This document shows, piece by piece, positions 42,638-51,705 of a stretch of DNA of 64,000 nt. The DNA is taken from the IMG/VR virus record IMGVR_UViG_3300021400_000193, positions 7,636 to 71,635 of that record. One strand, 5' to 3'. The notes under the pieces were generated by a model. The model did no database searches. It was not told where the DNA came from and was given only the letters and a program-made list of their open reading frames with translations. Both the position numbers and the translations under genes were made by a program. Position 1 is the first letter of the stretch. Each line of letters starts with the position of its first letter. The stretch comes from a virus. Its lineage: Duplodnaviria; Caudoviricetes.

Positions 42638-43666
42638 TTATGTCCAAAAAATTTCATCAGATTTATTGTTTGATAATTTTCGAATCGCCTTATCAATAGA
42701 CATTGTATGATTTATATATTCTTGAATTTCTTGTAATGTGCAATCGTTCATATCAAAACCTTTAATTTCTGAACCCTTTTTATAAAATTTTGGACAGAAT
42801 GTTGCTCTTAAATTTCCCACATAACCTTCTTTTAATTTTTGAGCCATGAGTAATCCGCCATCATCATTATCTAAAAAAACAAGAAGATTAGGTATTTTAT
42901 TTAACATCCTCATTTTTATATCTGTGATTTGATTTCCAAAAGTAGATATGACGTTTTTGTTTACAGTCCAGCATTTTCCGATATTCTTTATTCCTTCAGA
43001 TAAAATTACTTCTTTATTCAAGTCAATATCATCGATTCCATATATCAAATTACTCGAACAACCTTTTACATATTTTACTTTTATAGGATTATCATCAAAT
43101 GTTCGACATTCATAATTCACAAGTTTTCCGTCTTTATAAATCGGTATGCAAATTCTGTTCTCCATAACTGTCGGCTTTTCATCAATATCATTTACAATAT
43201 TTTCACCAATCATCTCACAATATCGACAATACTTTACACCCTTTTCTTCAATAAACTCATCCGACCAACCGATTCCATGCAAGAAATTCATAACTTTATT
43301 ATCATAAAAAGGGTCGTAAAGTTTTCCATAAACAATTGGTTTAGTATACACGATTTCTTCTTTCTTTGGCTTCAGTGATTTAGCAAATTCATAATTTACA
43401 TCACCTTTATATTCCAACTTTTCACCGAGTAATTTATTAAATGAAAATATATTTACTGCACAACCGCAACTAAAACAATGACCAACACCTTTAATCGTAT
43501 CAAAAGAAAACGAACCTACGTGTTTATCATTATGATTAGGGTTAGGACATAAACATAAAATTTTATTTCCTTTCTTTTGATATTTTATACCATGAGTCAA
43601 TAATAACTGTTCAACATCTTGAATCATAAAAAATCCTTGCTTTATATTCTGCAAGGATTTTAACAC
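42638..43666 (-). CDS. DNA primase (Zn finger plus TOPRIM)
   Basis: CPNPNH..CFSC, RICIP, KY, SEG, LDNDDGG; start probably MIQD near 43627. Confidence 0.88.
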   Translation of the reverse strand: MLKSLQNIKQGFFMIQDVEQLLLTHGIKYQKKGNKILCLCPNPNHNDKHVGSFSFDTIKGVGHCFSCGCAVNIFSFNKLLGEKLEYKGDVNYEFAKSLKPKKEEIVYTKPIVYGKLYDPFYDNKVMNFLHGIGWSDEFIEEKGVKYCRYCEMIGENIVNDIDEKPTVMENRICIPIYKDGKLVNYECRTFDDNPIKVKYVKGCSSNLIYGIDDIDLNKEVILSEGIKNIGKCWTVNKNVISTFGNQITDIKMRMLNKIPNLLVFLDNDDGGLLMAQKLKEGYVGNLRATFCPKFYKKGSEIKGFDMNDCTLQEIQEYINHTMSIDKAIRKLSNNKSDEIFWT

Positions 43667-43712
43667 ATTTTGTATTAAACTTTCAATAATTTTATAAATT
43701 TTTTAATTAAAA

Positions 43713-43973
43713 TTATTCATCATTTTCAATTTTATCTTCTACAACTTCTGTTTTCGATTCTACAACATCCGATTTGATTACAAGGTATTTCTGCATAGGA
43801 ATAATCTTAGCGAATTCATCTACAGTTTCGATAACAGTATCTTTATATGTATAAAGTTCAACATTATTATAAACCACCTTATCTTGATTTGCAGGATTTG
43901 GCTTAATCAATCTTACTTTAATAGGATAAACTCTTTTATCGTTATTTGTTGTTTTATAATTTTTCTTTGCCAT
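43713..43973 (-). CDS. hypothetical protein
   Basis: 86 aa, AAGGAG RBS. Confidence 0.65.
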   Translation of the reverse strand: MAKKNYKTTNNDKRVYPIKVRLIKPNPANQDKVVYNNVELYTYKDTVIETVDEFAKIIPMQKYLVIKSDVVESKTEVVEDKIENDE

Positions 43974-43984
43974 AATTTATCTCC

Positions 43985-45064
43985 TTATTTTTTGAATGGT
44001 TTACAAATTTTATCAAATCTGTTCCAAAAGTCATTTTCCTTTTTAACAAATGTTTTGTCGTCAGCAATTGCCATTGCTTCCCATGCATCAAGAAGTTCTT
44101 CATCTTTCTTTGCGATATCAAGAACTTTTTTGAAGTTTTCTTTTGCAACATAATCTTCTGATTCCAATGTTTCTTCAAGCATGTCTAACATATCACCAAG
44201 TCCATCTACTTCTTTTTCTGTAAGGGATTCTGTGATTTTATTATCTTTTAATATATTTTCAAAAGCATAATAAATTGCATCTTTTTTGAAAGATACATCG
44301 TATTCTAACAAATCACCTTCACCTTTAAGTACATCAGTTACAACATAAGCATATTCTTTAGGACTAACTTCACCGAAAATAAATGTCTTGTCTTTTCCGT
44401 TATTTTTTACAATTACATTTTTCTGAAAAACATGTTCGATAAATCCATACTTGGTATTATATCCGAAATGGAGATTATCTACATCAACATAAGGTTTTAT
44501 ATCATCTTCCGATTCATTCAATTCTGTCTTATATTTGTTGATAAAATCTTCAATTTCATCGTCACTGTAGTTTGTGCCAAGTTTGTTTAATTCAGCCTTG
44601 ATAAACTCGAATCTTTCATGTTCATCTGTGATTTCTTGTGCTTTATCCCAAATCTCCGTTGGTAAAAAGTCCAACTTCTCTTTCAGTGTAATCAATGTTC
44701 CTTTTGAAACAATGTTTCCTTCAATAAGGTAATTTTTTGTAAGTGTTATAGTTTTCATTTTGTTATTCTCCATTAATTTCTTAAAATCTTCAGCCGTATA
44801 AGGTACACGACTTTTCCATACATTGATTTTATGTTCTTCGTTATCAGAATTTGACACCATGCTTAAATATGTTCCCACCTTTGCAGAACGACATTTATTG
44901 TTATTTTCACCATCCTTTGCTTTAATGCGTCTACATACTTTTTTAATATCTTCGATATCACCTTTTACAAAATATGAATTCTCACCATCAACAGTGATTC
45001 GCCAATTATTATCATCTGTATGAGCGATTGTTATAGGAATCAATCTTTTATTTTCATCTGCCAT
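43985..45064 (-). CDS. putative internal head polyprotein
   Basis: TAACTAT upstream; LKE/LNES/ITESLTE linkers; internal MKTITLTKNYLIEG motif. Confidence 0.5.
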   Translation of the reverse strand: MADENKRLIPITIAHTDDNNWRITVDGENSYFVKGDIEDIKKVCRRIKAKDGENNNKCRSAKVGTYLSMVSNSDNEEHKINVWKSRVPYTAEDFKKLMENNKMKTITLTKNYLIEGNIVSKGTLITLKEKLDFLPTEIWDKAQEITDEHERFEFIKAELNKLGTNYSDDEIEDFINKYKTELNESEDDIKPYVDVDNLHFGYNTKYGFIEHVFQKNVIVKNNGKDKTFIFGEVSPKEYAYVVTDVLKGEGDLLEYDVSFKKDAIYYAFENILKDNKITESLTEKEVDGLGDMLDMLEETLESEDYVAKENFKKVLDIAKKDEELLDAWEAMAIADDKTFVKKENDFWNRFDKICKPFKK

Positions 45065-45128
45065 AAAAATTTCTCCAATTTACAAAATAAATAGTTAATA
45101 TAAATTATATAGTTAAATTATTACTCTT

Positions 45129-46454
45129 TTACAAATTTATTTGAAAATATTTTTTAAGTTCTTTTTCGATAGTTTTATAATTTTTAAGTCTTAAAAGGTT
45201 AATTCCATTATTTTTACAATAATTCGTTTTAATTTCATCATGTCTTTGAACATAATTTAATTTTTCTTTTGCTTGTTCATCCGTCATTTCTTTACTTCGC
45301 TTTATGGGTTTAAAATGACCTTCTCCATCAAATTCTATACATAAATTATAAAGTGGTATGTAAAAATCAAACGGTAATTGTCGTTCATCTTTACAATCAT
45401 TAAATTTCTTTTGTTCTTCAAATTCTATTTTACATTCTGTTAAAAATTTTCTAATTGCAATTTCACCTTTATAATTATTACATTTTGGACATCCTTCTCC
45501 GCTTACATGATTGTTAGGTTGTTGTGGAAAATCACCATGTTTTGGACAAGTTATAATTACATCTGTATACATATTTATATAATTTACTTTAGAATAATCA
45601 TATGTTCCGATTCCGTGAACTTCGTTCGCTCTTTCTATAAATTCTTCTAAAGTCAAATTATATAAAGTTGCTTTCTTTTCTTCCCAACAATCAGGACAAC
45701 CTGCACCTTTAAAATGATTACTAGGTGTTTGTGGAAAATCACCATGTTTTGAGCAAGTTATAATTACCTCAGTTTTATAATTTGTGTAAATAACCTTTGA
45801 ATAATCATAAGTTCCTTTACCATGAATTTTATTCGCCCTTTCTACAAATTCTTTTAAATCTAATTTTTGAGTTCCGTAACAAATAGGACAACCACTACCA
45901 TTTAAATGACTGCGAGGTTTTTGTGGAAATTCGTAAGGTTCATCATGATTTGGACAGATTATAATCACCTCTGTATCATTATTTACATAAATAACCTTAG
46001 AATAATCATATCTTCCTTTATCATGTATCATATTGGATTTTTCTATAAATTCTTCCAAAGTTAATTTTAATTTTTCATGACATTTTATATTTCCACAAAG
46101 TTTACAACCTTTGCCACTCAAATGATTACTTGGTTTTTGTGGAAATGGTTTATGACCCTCAACTCTACAAATTATTTCCACATCAATTTTTGCTTTTACA
46201 TAAATCACATTTGAATAATCATACCTATTGCCATGTTTTCTTAAAGCCTTTCTGATGAAAGTTTTTGTTTTGTCGTCTTTGTTAAAATATCTTTCATTAA
46301 TAATTTGTTCGATTTCTTCTTCAGATAATTTTGGATATTCAACGATTTGATTTTTCAAATCTACATTTTCAGCAGAAACACATTTTTTACAATTACAATT
46401 TTCTTGATTAATTTTTGTCTTATCATAAGACATCATTCGATTCATTAAATTCAT
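45129..46454 (-). CDS. homing-endonuclease-like protein with Zn-binding repeats and a Vsr/DUF559-like nuclease
   Basis: four repeats of FI.(K/R)A...H...YDYS.V.Y......V.I.C..H..FPQ.P..H..G.GC..C; LPFDFYIP...IEFDGEGH. Confidence 0.82.
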   Translation of the reverse strand: MNLMNRMMSYDKTKINQENCNCKKCVSAENVDLKNQIVEYPKLSEEEIEQIINERYFNKDDKTKTFIRKALRKHGNRYDYSNVIYVKAKIDVEIICRVEGHKPFPQKPSNHLSGKGCKLCGNIKCHEKLKLTLEEFIEKSNMIHDKGRYDYSKVIYVNNDTEVIIICPNHDEPYEFPQKPRSHLNGSGCPICYGTQKLDLKEFVERANKIHGKGTYDYSKVIYTNYKTEVIITCSKHGDFPQTPSNHFKGAGCPDCWEEKKATLYNLTLEEFIERANEVHGIGTYDYSKVNYINMYTDVIITCPKHGDFPQQPNNHVSGEGCPKCNNYKGEIAIRKFLTECKIEFEEQKKFNDCKDERQLPFDFYIPLYNLCIEFDGEGHFKPIKRSKEMTDEQAKEKLNYVQRHDEIKTNYCKNNGINLLRLKNYKTIEKELKKYFQINL

Positions 46455-46528
46455 AAATCTAATCTCCTATAAGATAATTTTAATTTTTAAGTCATCGTCA
46501 CTGACTTCATATTAAATAGTTAAAAAAA

Positions 46529-46592
46529 GAGGTGTGATTGAGTGAGATTAGTAACTCAATCAACGTATAGGGTGACGACCTATACTCACCTC
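46529..46592 (-). ncRNA. structured dual-loop antisense-like RNA element, copy D
   Basis: perfect stems; loops complementary to the RBS (46459-46466) and leader hairpin loop (46495-46501); U7 tract. Confidence 0.8.
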
Positions 46593-46611
46593 AAATAATC
46601 AAATAGTTTAT

Positions 46612-46884
46612 TTATGCCGACTTTAAAACTAATTCCTTAAATTCTTCAAAATCTTTTTTTGCGATAAATGTTCCATCAAGTTCCAAGTCTTCAAAAGGTT
46701 CATTTACATCGATAACATATTCATCGAATGTTTCTTGGTCTAACCATTCTACTGCAAATTTTTTAACAGATTTATTATATAAAATGGAAACATAATCCGA
46801 AATAGCATATTCAATTGTATCATCAAATTCCATAACAAAATTTGAATCGTCAATACCAACATCAATCAAATCTAATTTTTCCAT
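46612..46884 (-). CDS. hypothetical protein
   Basis: 90 aa, AAGGAG RBS. Confidence 0.65.
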   Translation of the reverse strand: MEKLDLIDVGIDDSNFVMEFDDTIEYAISDYVSILYNKSVKKFAVEWLDQETFDEYVIDVNEPFEDLELDGTFIAKKDFEEFKELVLKSA

Positions 46885-46914
46885 AAATATCTCCTTTTAT
46901 AAATAATCTATCTT

Positions 46915-47643
46915 TTATTTATATTTTACAATACCACGTTTTAATAAAAAATTCAGTATACATAAAATAACCTTGTCAAAATACGGATAATTTATACCTT
47001 GAGTTGGTTGAGCATACCAATCTCTACCATACAAACATTGAAATTTATTCATTATGTAAAAATCACGAAAATACGAATCAAGGAAAATTCCTAATTCTTG
47101 AGCAATATAGTCTGCGTCTGAAACATAAGGTGCTAATTTGCGAATTTTATCCAAAAATTGTTTAATTTTAATATCCCTTTCTTTTTTTGGAAGTTTAGAA
47201 TATTTTCTTTCAAGTCGCTCTTTTGTTGATTTGTGAATTTGTTTTACCTTATTTTGAGGAATATATTTAGGATACTTTTTTTGTGAACCTGTTCTCCAGA
47301 TTATTTTACTGTTCCAAAAATCGTAGCCATTCTCTGTATCTTGAATTGCTATAAAACAATCATAAGGGTGTTTTATTTTTCTTTGTTTTTTAGCATTATT
47401 GGATTTTATTTTAAGATATTTTCCATATTGCGGATTTGAAACTGCTCGAACTACTAAAAGTGTGGAAGGTGCGCTCCATTTTCCTTCTTTATTTTTCTTG
47501 TATACAATACGTCTACTTATCGACACTCTTGTTTTTAACATATCTCGCTCTTCATTTTTGAAACGAGATTGAGTATGTCTATTTCTATAAGTATATTGAT
47601 ACACCTCAAAAATTTTAGGACAGTTCTCTTTGAATTCTATCAT
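46915..47643 (-). CDS. basic hypothetical protein
   Basis: 242 aa, TAACTAT immediately upstream. Confidence 0.65.
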   Translation of the reverse strand: MIEFKENCPKIFEVYQYTYRNRHTQSRFKNEERDMLKTRVSISRRIVYKKNKEGKWSAPSTLLVVRAVSNPQYGKYLKIKSNNAKKQRKIKHPYDCFIAIQDTENGYDFWNSKIIWRTGSQKKYPKYIPQNKVKQIHKSTKERLERKYSKLPKKERDIKIKQFLDKIRKLAPYVSDADYIAQELGIFLDSYFRDFYIMNKFQCLYGRDWYAQPTQGINYPYFDKVILCILNFLLKRGIVKYK

Positions 47644-47654
47644 AATTCAAATAG

Positions 47655-47924
47655 TTATTCTCCTCTATCCGCCAAAATTATTTCATCACATAAGTCTTCG
47701 ACCTCATCTAAATCTTTCAAACCTTTAGCATATTTCAACAGAAACGCTTCTTCATAACCATCATCAAATAAAATATTCTTACTGATAACAACATCAAATA
47801 ATTTATTATTTTCATAAGCACATGTCTCTATATAAGTCTGTACTTCATACTCACAATCTTCATCATCTTTAATATATTCTAATTGAATTGGTGTTTTCAT
47901 ATATAAATACGGAACTTTAACCAT
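47655..47924 (-). CDS. hypothetical protein
   Basis: 89 aa, coupled to the upstream gene. Confidence 0.6.
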   Translation of the reverse strand: MVKVPYLYMKTPIQLEYIKDDEDCEYEVQTYIETCAYENNKLFDVVISKNILFDDGYEEAFLLKYAKGLKDLDEVEDLCDEIILADRGE

Positions 47925-48549
47925 TTTGTTTCTCCTTGAATTTTTTCTTAAATTCTTCCCTCATCTTTTTAGCATATTCTCTCTGCTGACGCTTATGTTC
48001 TTCAATTTCGTCTTTGTGTTCTTCATTCCATTTTTCTTTATATGCTTTCTGTTGCTCCTTATACATCTCTTTTCGTTCACTTTGTGTTACATAATGGTCG
48101 ATTTGATTAGGTTCAGCATTTTCTTCAATGAGTCTGCCGATTTCTTTTATTTCATCAAGAGTATAAGAAGATAAAGGTCTTGAATAATCATTAATTAAAG
48201 TACAGAAAGCATTAAGAGAATCATATTCATAAATTGTTCCTCTCAATGCCATAGCAAGATAATAATGTGCTAAAACATGATACAGAATTCTCAACTTACA
48301 TATGTTATCATTCGGTTTAAAAGTTTCGTCCAATTTTTCAATCGTATGATAACGATTCTTTTCTCCAATTATCTGTTTATAAATAAAACTTGGGAATAAA
48401 TGATGATGATGAAATTTATCTGATTTACAAGGATTTATAAAACTCTGTTTATATATGTTTATGTAAGCGTCCAAATATTGTTTACATTGTGGGTCAAATG
48501 AATTGTATTTGTCTTTAAACATTTCTTCTATTTGTTCATCTGTATACAT
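47917..48549 (-). CDS. HNH-like protein (possibly degenerate homing endonuclease)
   Basis: HHHHLFPS...NICKL...HVLAHYYL pattern plus coiled-coil tail. Confidence 0.55.
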   Translation of the reverse strand: MYTDEQIEEMFKDKYNSFDPQCKQYLDAYINIYKQSFINPCKSDKFHHHHLFPSFIYKQIIGEKNRYHTIEKLDETFKPNDNICKLRILYHVLAHYYLAMALRGTIYEYDSLNAFCTLINDYSRPLSSYTLDEIKEIGRLIEENAEPNQIDHYVTQSERKEMYKEQQKAYKEKWNEEHKDEIEEHKRQQREYAKKMREEFKKKFKEKQNG

Positions 48550-48635
48550 TTTAATTTTCTCCTTAAATAAAAAAGAGTGAACTTTTTATTCACTCTTTTT
48601 ATATCACATTTGATTATTTCAAAACAAGATTAAAA

Positions 48636-48968
48636 TTAAGAAATATTAGCATAAATAATTTCAAATCCAAAAGTATATTCTCCGTTCAATCTATTTGGAC
48701 AACTCCAATCAAATATAATTTCATTATCCTTTAATTCCAAAGAATACGGAACATAAGAAGGGATTCCTTTTATAAATTCAGCAAGAGTATCTGATTTATA
48801 AATCTTGTTTAACCAAGGTTTAGTCCATTCATTTGCTTCTTTCCAAGTTTCGTCTGTAATTTTCTTTGATTTCCATGATTCTACTCCATCTTCATCATAA
48901 AAATCTCTAAATCCATGTGAAGCACCACTGTAAATTCGAACATCTCTAAAATCAACGTTAAATATCAT
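48636..48968 (-). CDS. hypothetical protein
   Basis: 110 aa, RBS, TAACTAT. Confidence 0.65.
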   Translation of the reverse strand: MIFNVDFRDVRIYSGASHGFRDFYDEDGVESWKSKKITDETWKEANEWTKPWLNKIYKSDTLAEFIKGIPSYVPYSLELKDNEIIFDWSCPNRLNGEYTFGFEIIYANIS

Positions 48969-49076
48969 AATTTTATTCTCCTATATACTAAAGATAGTTA
49001 ATATAAAAAATCTCCTTACGATTATTATAATATCATAAGGAGATTTATCTGTCAAGTAAAATTATCAATTATTTAA

Positions 49077-50366
49077 CTAAAGTTCACCAAATGTGAAATT
49101 CGCACTCGATGTATAAGGGTCAGCATACCAATCATTCTTCTTAGCAAGACGGTCTATTTCTTCTCTTACAAAACCTACATCATCAAACATATCAAGAGTT
49201 CCTTCAGAATCATAAACTACAAATATTTCATCTGTATCATCAAAACGATATTTGAAATTATACATTTTACCATACTTTTTAGTAAATCTTTCAGCATCAG
49301 CATCAACATAATGAATTTTCTCATCACAGAATTTATTAAGTTCATCTACAAATTTTGCTACATTCTTTTCATTGATTGGTTTTGCTGATTCTTTCAGACT
49401 TTTTCTTAATGATTTCTTTTTAGATTCTGCCAATGAAAAATCTAATGGATAAACATCACAAGTCAAATAAATGGCAAATCCAAAATTCCACATTTCATCT
49501 TGTTCATAAATATTACCATTGATTCTGATTACACATTCATCAATTGATTTGGATAAACTTTCAACATCACCTATCAATCCACCAACATTGAAAACAAGGT
49601 CGATTCTATTTCCAACTGAATTATGAGCGATATGAAGTGCAGTACCATCGAGATTTTCCAATTTGTATGAACGAACCGCTTTTTTAATTTCGTTTTCAAC
49701 AGTGGCAACATCTGTGTCGAATCCTTCTGAATCAAAAAGAGATTGAAGTGTTTTCTCGTTTACAATGTTTCCATTAAAAAAATACTCAATATGATGAACA
49801 TTTTTTACTACCCATTTACCCCATGTAGTTCTATCTATTTCCTCTTTAAATGATTTTTTATTTTCTTTCAATTCAGAATTAAGCATATCTACAACTTCTT
49901 CTGCTCTCGATTCATCTTTCCAACGTTTTGCATAAGTATGGTCAGAACTCCAAGAACTATCTTCAATATTTTTTGCAAGTTTTGAAAGATAATATTTTTT
50001 ACCATCTTCAATCATACAAACTTCATATCCTTGCCAAGTTTTACTACCAACAAAGAATTCTTTTGATTCTTTCAAAGATTCAGAAATATCATATTCATTC
50101 ACTTCACCAAGATAATCCAAATATTCTTCCAATGCTTCATCATCAGAATTAGCGGTAAAATAACGACCGTTCGCCCAAGAAATCTGTGGGTCTTTTTCCG
50201 TTCCACTTAATTCATAACTTTGAGCAACAACGTATCTATTTCCTTTAGAATCAAGATAATTCAAAAGACAATCTGTGTAAGATTTATCCCAAGAAATAAC
50301 CTTTAGTTTATCTTTACCGTTGGTTACTCTCATTCTTTCCATAATATCTTTGTTTTTCAAATTCAT
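49077..50366 (-). CDS. putative internal head polyprotein
   Basis: linkers ISESLKES, LKENKKSFKEE, ESKKKSLRKSLKES. Confidence 0.5.
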   Translation of the reverse strand: MNLKNKDIMERMRVTNGKDKLKVISWDKSYTDCLLNYLDSKGNRYVVAQSYELSGTEKDPQISWANGRYFTANSDDEALEEYLDYLGEVNEYDISESLKESKEFFVGSKTWQGYEVCMIEDGKKYYLSKLAKNIEDSSWSSDHTYAKRWKDESRAEEVVDMLNSELKENKKSFKEEIDRTTWGKWVVKNVHHIEYFFNGNIVNEKTLQSLFDSEGFDTDVATVENEIKKAVRSYKLENLDGTALHIAHNSVGNRIDLVFNVGGLIGDVESLSKSIDECVIRINGNIYEQDEMWNFGFAIYLTCDVYPLDFSLAESKKKSLRKSLKESAKPINEKNVAKFVDELNKFCDEKIHYVDADAERFTKKYGKMYNFKYRFDDTDEIFVVYDSEGTLDMFDDVGFVREEIDRLAKKNDWYADPYTSSANFTFGEL

Positions 50367-50390
50367 AATTTATGTTCTCCTATTTAATAT

Positions 50391-50945
50391 CTATATGTTT
50401 TCTTTAATAGTTTGATTATCTAATTCAAAAATTTCTAAACCATCCTTAATTTCATTATCTTCTCTAAATCCTAAAATATTAACACACCCTTTTAGAATTT
50501 CATCTTTATATGGTAAATAATCCTCCCTCATTGAATTTAAATCTCGATTTGCAGTTCTTTTGTTAATACTACCAATTCTCCATACAAAAGATTCAAGATG
50601 ATATTTATTAATAAAATCTTTCATTTCTTTAACTTGAGATTTCATATCATCACATTCATTAAGAATTTTCTTATATACTTTTGAAACAACATCATGAATT
50701 TCTGTCATTTCATTATTAAAATAATCCCCAAAACTTGTATCTGTAGAATAATAACCTTCTCCATCTTCCATATCCTTAAATAAAACAGATTTCAAAGAAT
50801 TATTATACACTTCATTTATAAACCTATCGAAAATACCTTTATTTAATTCCGCAAATTCAACAACATCTTGCATCTTTTTAACATCATTAAAATAATAATT
50901 TGCGTGATTCTTAAAATAATAAATTGTCCGCCGTACGTCAACCAT
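50391..50945 (-). CDS. hypothetical protein
   Basis: 184 aa, RBS. Confidence 0.65.
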   Translation of the reverse strand: MVDVRRTIYYFKNHANYYFNDVKKMQDVVEFAELNKGIFDRFINEVYNNSLKSVLFKDMEDGEGYYSTDTSFGDYFNNEMTEIHDVVSKVYKKILNECDDMKSQVKEMKDFINKYHLESFVWRIGSINKRTANRDLNSMREDYLPYKDEILKGCVNILGFREDNEIKDGLEIFELDNQTIKENI

Positions 50946-50963
50946 AACTTTTATCTCCTATAA

Positions 50964-51353
50964 TTAAATTAAAAATCCGTTTTCGATTTCTTTATAAAGG
51001 TTATCTTCAATATTAAGAATATCTTCCGTAATGTTATCAACTATACCACCTAAAGAATTCGCTTTTGATTTAACTTCTACGCTTCCTCCACCTTTTGCAT
51101 CCGATTCGATAAAATAAGAATCGTAGTTTTTAGAAAGTCCAATTCTAATTTCAACATCCTCATTATTTTCAAGATGAACATAATTATAAATAACACGACC
51201 TATTTTATCATATTCCCATTCTTTACTATAAAGATTTACTTCATAATTAAATACCATCTGTGCATTATAAGAAACATATTGTTTGAAATAATTTAGTATT
51301 AATTCATAAATAGCATCTATAATTGTGTTATCAAAATCACTATATTTTGCCAT
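50964..51353 (-). CDS. hypothetical protein
   Basis: 129 aa, RBS, TAACTAT. Confidence 0.65.
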   Translation of the reverse strand: MAKYSDFDNTIIDAIYELILNYFKQYVSYNAQMVFNYEVNLYSKEWEYDKIGRVIYNYVHLENNEDVEIRIGLSKNYDSYFIESDAKGGGSVEVKSKANSLGGIVDNITEDILNIEDNLYKEIENGFLI

Positions 51354-51516
51354 AATTTTATTTCTCCTTTTATTAAAAATAAATAGTTATGTTTTATTTA
51401 ATATATTTTCTTAAAAGAATTCTACAATCTTCTTCTCTTCAAGATAGTTATAAGATACACGAAAACAAACCATTTGTCAAGGAAAATTATCAATAAATTT
51501 TATAACTATTTATATT

Positions 51517-51705
51517 ATGGAAAAATTAAAAGAAAAAGCACAAATGGAATTTAATTGCAAAACAATAGAGCAACTCATTGAAGTTCTTGAAGACATAAGA
51601 ACTGTTATGGGAGATGATGTACGAGTGGGTAGAGTAAATACACTAAAACCTTCTATAAATGTACAATTATTTAATTACAACGATGCTATAGTTGTTCTGA
51701 ATTAA
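51517..51705 (+). CDS. hypothetical protein, probably leaderless
   Basis: ATG 7 nt after TAACTAT (51503-51509). Confidence 0.55.
   Translation: MEKLKEKAQMEFNCKTIEQLIEVLEDIRTVMGDDVRVGRVNTLKPSINVQLFNYNDAIVVLN

Noticed and set aside
6168-46592. Dual-loop elements as IS110 bridge RNAs or TIGR-type guides
   Set aside because: No DEDD recombinase or Nop-domain protein nearby, no box C/D array, neighbouring proteins are unrelated to each other, and the matches fall on the SD and an RNA hairpin loop with G-U pairs; DNA guiding is less likely though not formally excluded
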